Of a DNA stretch of 64,000 nt, positions 61,933 through 64,000 are shown piece by piece. Every line of letters begins with the position of its first letter. Positions within the stretch are counted from its first letter, which is position 1. This stretch comes from Camelus ferus. Taxonomy: Eukaryota. A program made the position numbers and the translations under genes. The notes under the pieces were generated by a model, which searched no databases, was not told the DNA's origin, and saw only the letters and a program-made list of their open reading frames with translations. Where the stretch lies: positions 106,704,001-106,768,000 of the forward strand of contig NC_045696.1 in NCBI RefSeq assembly GCF_009834535.1, written 5' to 3'.

Positions 61933-63445
61933 CCTTAGTGCACACAGACCTTTGTCATATCATTTGTTATATTTAACTATAATTATTCATTTCCTTTGTC
62001 TGTTTTCCCCAGGTAGGTCCTTAGGGCAGGATTTATGTTCTATTTAACTTTCAGGTTAATTTCCATTTGATTATTTTCTCTATCACTGATTTTTAAATTA
62101 CTACTCATATCTTACTTGATAGTGTATCCTCGTTGTCAGCACAGTGCCTGCAAAATGGTACAAACTTAATGAAAGTAAGAACTTTAAAAATGAAGAGAAG
62201 AGTCAAAAACTATCCTTAATCTTGAATAGTAAGGATTGCAATAATACATTTTAGGGGACAGGTCAGAGAGAGTAGTTTTGGGGGAATGATCAGATATGAA
62301 AATGTTTGACTTTAAATGTCCTTGGTCTGGTGTGTCTGTTCAGAAAACCACGGGCTTTCCACTGTGTTTCTGCCAAAAGTTCATGCCTCTAGTGAATGTG
62401 CAACTTCTGCTGCCTGTAAGGAGGGAGGAGCCTCTGTTCCTTCTTCAGATGCAGCCTCTCCATTTACTTGTTTAGTCAGAAAACACAGAAAACCATTCCT
62501 TGGGTCCAGGCTCTATGGACAGTGAACATTTGAAGATTGAAAAGAGACTAAGTTTTGAACATTTGGTAGCAAAACTAAAAAAAAAAAGTTTTCCTTTTCA
62601 TTATCAAGGAAAATCAGATGAAAACAGGAGGATTGTCTTTGTTTTATTTTGTGCTATTCTTTTATTCTTTATTGTGAACTGAGCAAAACACAGAAAAAGT
62701 ATTTCAGAATTACATAGACTTAATTTTTCTACTTTTCCAAAATCAACTACAGTTATATTTTTAGTGGATAACCATTTTAAGTGTATGTTTAAGATGGAAA
62801 TTTTATTAATTAGAAATGTGGTAAATTGCAAGTATAGAAAGTCGTAACAGTGACTGAAACAAAAATAACTTTAATCTTCTAACCTAACAGTAAATCTGGA
62901 GGTGAGTAGCTGTTGACATTTGTTGTGCTGCTAAAAACACCATTGAGAACATACCTGAATCTTCCAAGTTTTTATTTCCATGCATATTACTTCATGGTGA
63001 CAAGTTGGTTGCTAAAGACCCAGAGAGCTACTCTGCCTTCAAGGCGAGAAGAAGGAAGAAAGACAGAGAGCAGCACCAGCAGCACTGGAAGCCCCTTTCT
63101 CTCTTTTTAAAAATCGGAATACCATAGAAGAAATAATAATAATAATAAATTGTCACAGAATTATTCATAATAAGCATGCTAGGCCCAGACGATTTTTAAA
63201 GAAAATTACAGCACACTTGCAAGAAACATATTCCACTTTCTTTGCTATTTAAACTGCTTCAAGCAAAGAAAAAAGGGTGAAATTTTCAATTAATTTTACA
63301 AGGTTAACATGAACCCAATGCCAAAGCCTCATGCTAAAAGTGGTATACATAAATACAAAAACTACAGAACAATAGCAGGTAACAGTGTGTAGAAATATAC
63401 CTCTGGCAGATAGATTCAGGAATATATTAAGAGAGCAACACACCA

Positions 63446-63755
63446 TGTATGAGTTAAGGTTCTCCAGAGAAACAGAAACAGAACTAACAGGATACACACA
63501 CACGCACATGCACACGCACACGCGCACGCACGTACACACACAGATTTATCAAGAAGGGATTGGCTCATGCAATCATGGAGGTTAACAAGTCCCTGTAACT
63601 GCAGTCGGCAAGCTGGAGACCCAGGAAAGCTGATAGTATAGTCCAGTCTGAAAGTTGGCTGGCAGACTTGGACCCAAGAGAAGCCAATATTTCAGCTAGA
63701 GTCTGATGGCAGAAGACTGACATCCCAGCTCAAGGCAGTCAGGCAGGAGGACCTC
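63446..63755 (-). mobile_element. ERVL LTR (MLT2-like) with an internal CA/CG repeat, interrupted
   Basis: GGTTCTCCAGAGAAACAGAA...ATTGGCTCATGCAATCATGGAGG...GCAAGCTGGAGACCCAGGAAAGCTG. Confidence 0.85.
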
Positions 63756-64000
63756 TGTCTTAGTCAGCTGAAGCTTCCATAGCAAAATACCATAGATTGG
63801 ATGGCTTAAACAACAGAGATTTATTTTCTCACAGTTCTAGAGGCTCAAAGTCCAAGATCAAGGTGCCAGCACGGTCTGTTTCTGGTGAGTGCTCACTTCT
63901 TGTCTTACAGACAACCATCTCCTTGATGTGTCCTCACGTGGCAGGGAGACAAAGTGAGCAAGCTCTGTAGTATTTTTTCTGATAAGGGCACAAATACCAA
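63756..64000 (-). mobile_element. MaLR LTR (MLT1A-like), runs off the window
   Basis: TGTCTTAGTCAG...AAAATACCATAGA...GGCTTAAACAACAGAGATTTATTTTCTCACAGTTCTAGAGGC...AAGTCCAAGATCAAGGTGCCAGCA. Confidence 0.88.

Overview
This is mammalian, non-coding, repeat-rich genomic DNA (intergenic or deep intronic). I find no host protein-coding gene, rRNA, true tRNA gene or CRISPR array. The listed ORFs are either decayed LINE-1 ORF1/ORF2 pieces, simple-repeat artefacts or chance ORFs. Two tRNA(Ala)-derived SINEs resembling the camelid vic-1 family (40661-40800 minus; 46855-46948 plus, with a perfect 10-bp TSD), cetartiodactyl-type L1 3' ends and a MER41-like LTR point to a camelid genome (inference). Much of the window is fossil transposons: L1 of several ages, L2, MIR, MaLR/ERVL/ERV1 LTRs, and hAT and Tigger elements, several nested with readable TSDs. 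Between them lie repeat-free blocks rich in homeodomain/TALE/FOX/SOX motifs (about 21.1-21.8, 25.0, 28.3-28.5, 45.1-45.6 and 47.8-48.6 kb) and a small orphan CpG island at about 52.5-53.3 kb. Together these look like an enhancer landscape for a developmental gene outside the window. The most unusual items are a TSD-flanked L1 insertion containing only 5'UTR plus the ORF1 N-terminus with no poly(A) tail, a 28-unit 15-bp minisatellite with higher-order structure, and an isolated textbook 59-nt exon. Repeat family names come from my recollection of consensus sequences, not from a search, and most boundaries are approximate. I cannot support a claim of a new biological system here.
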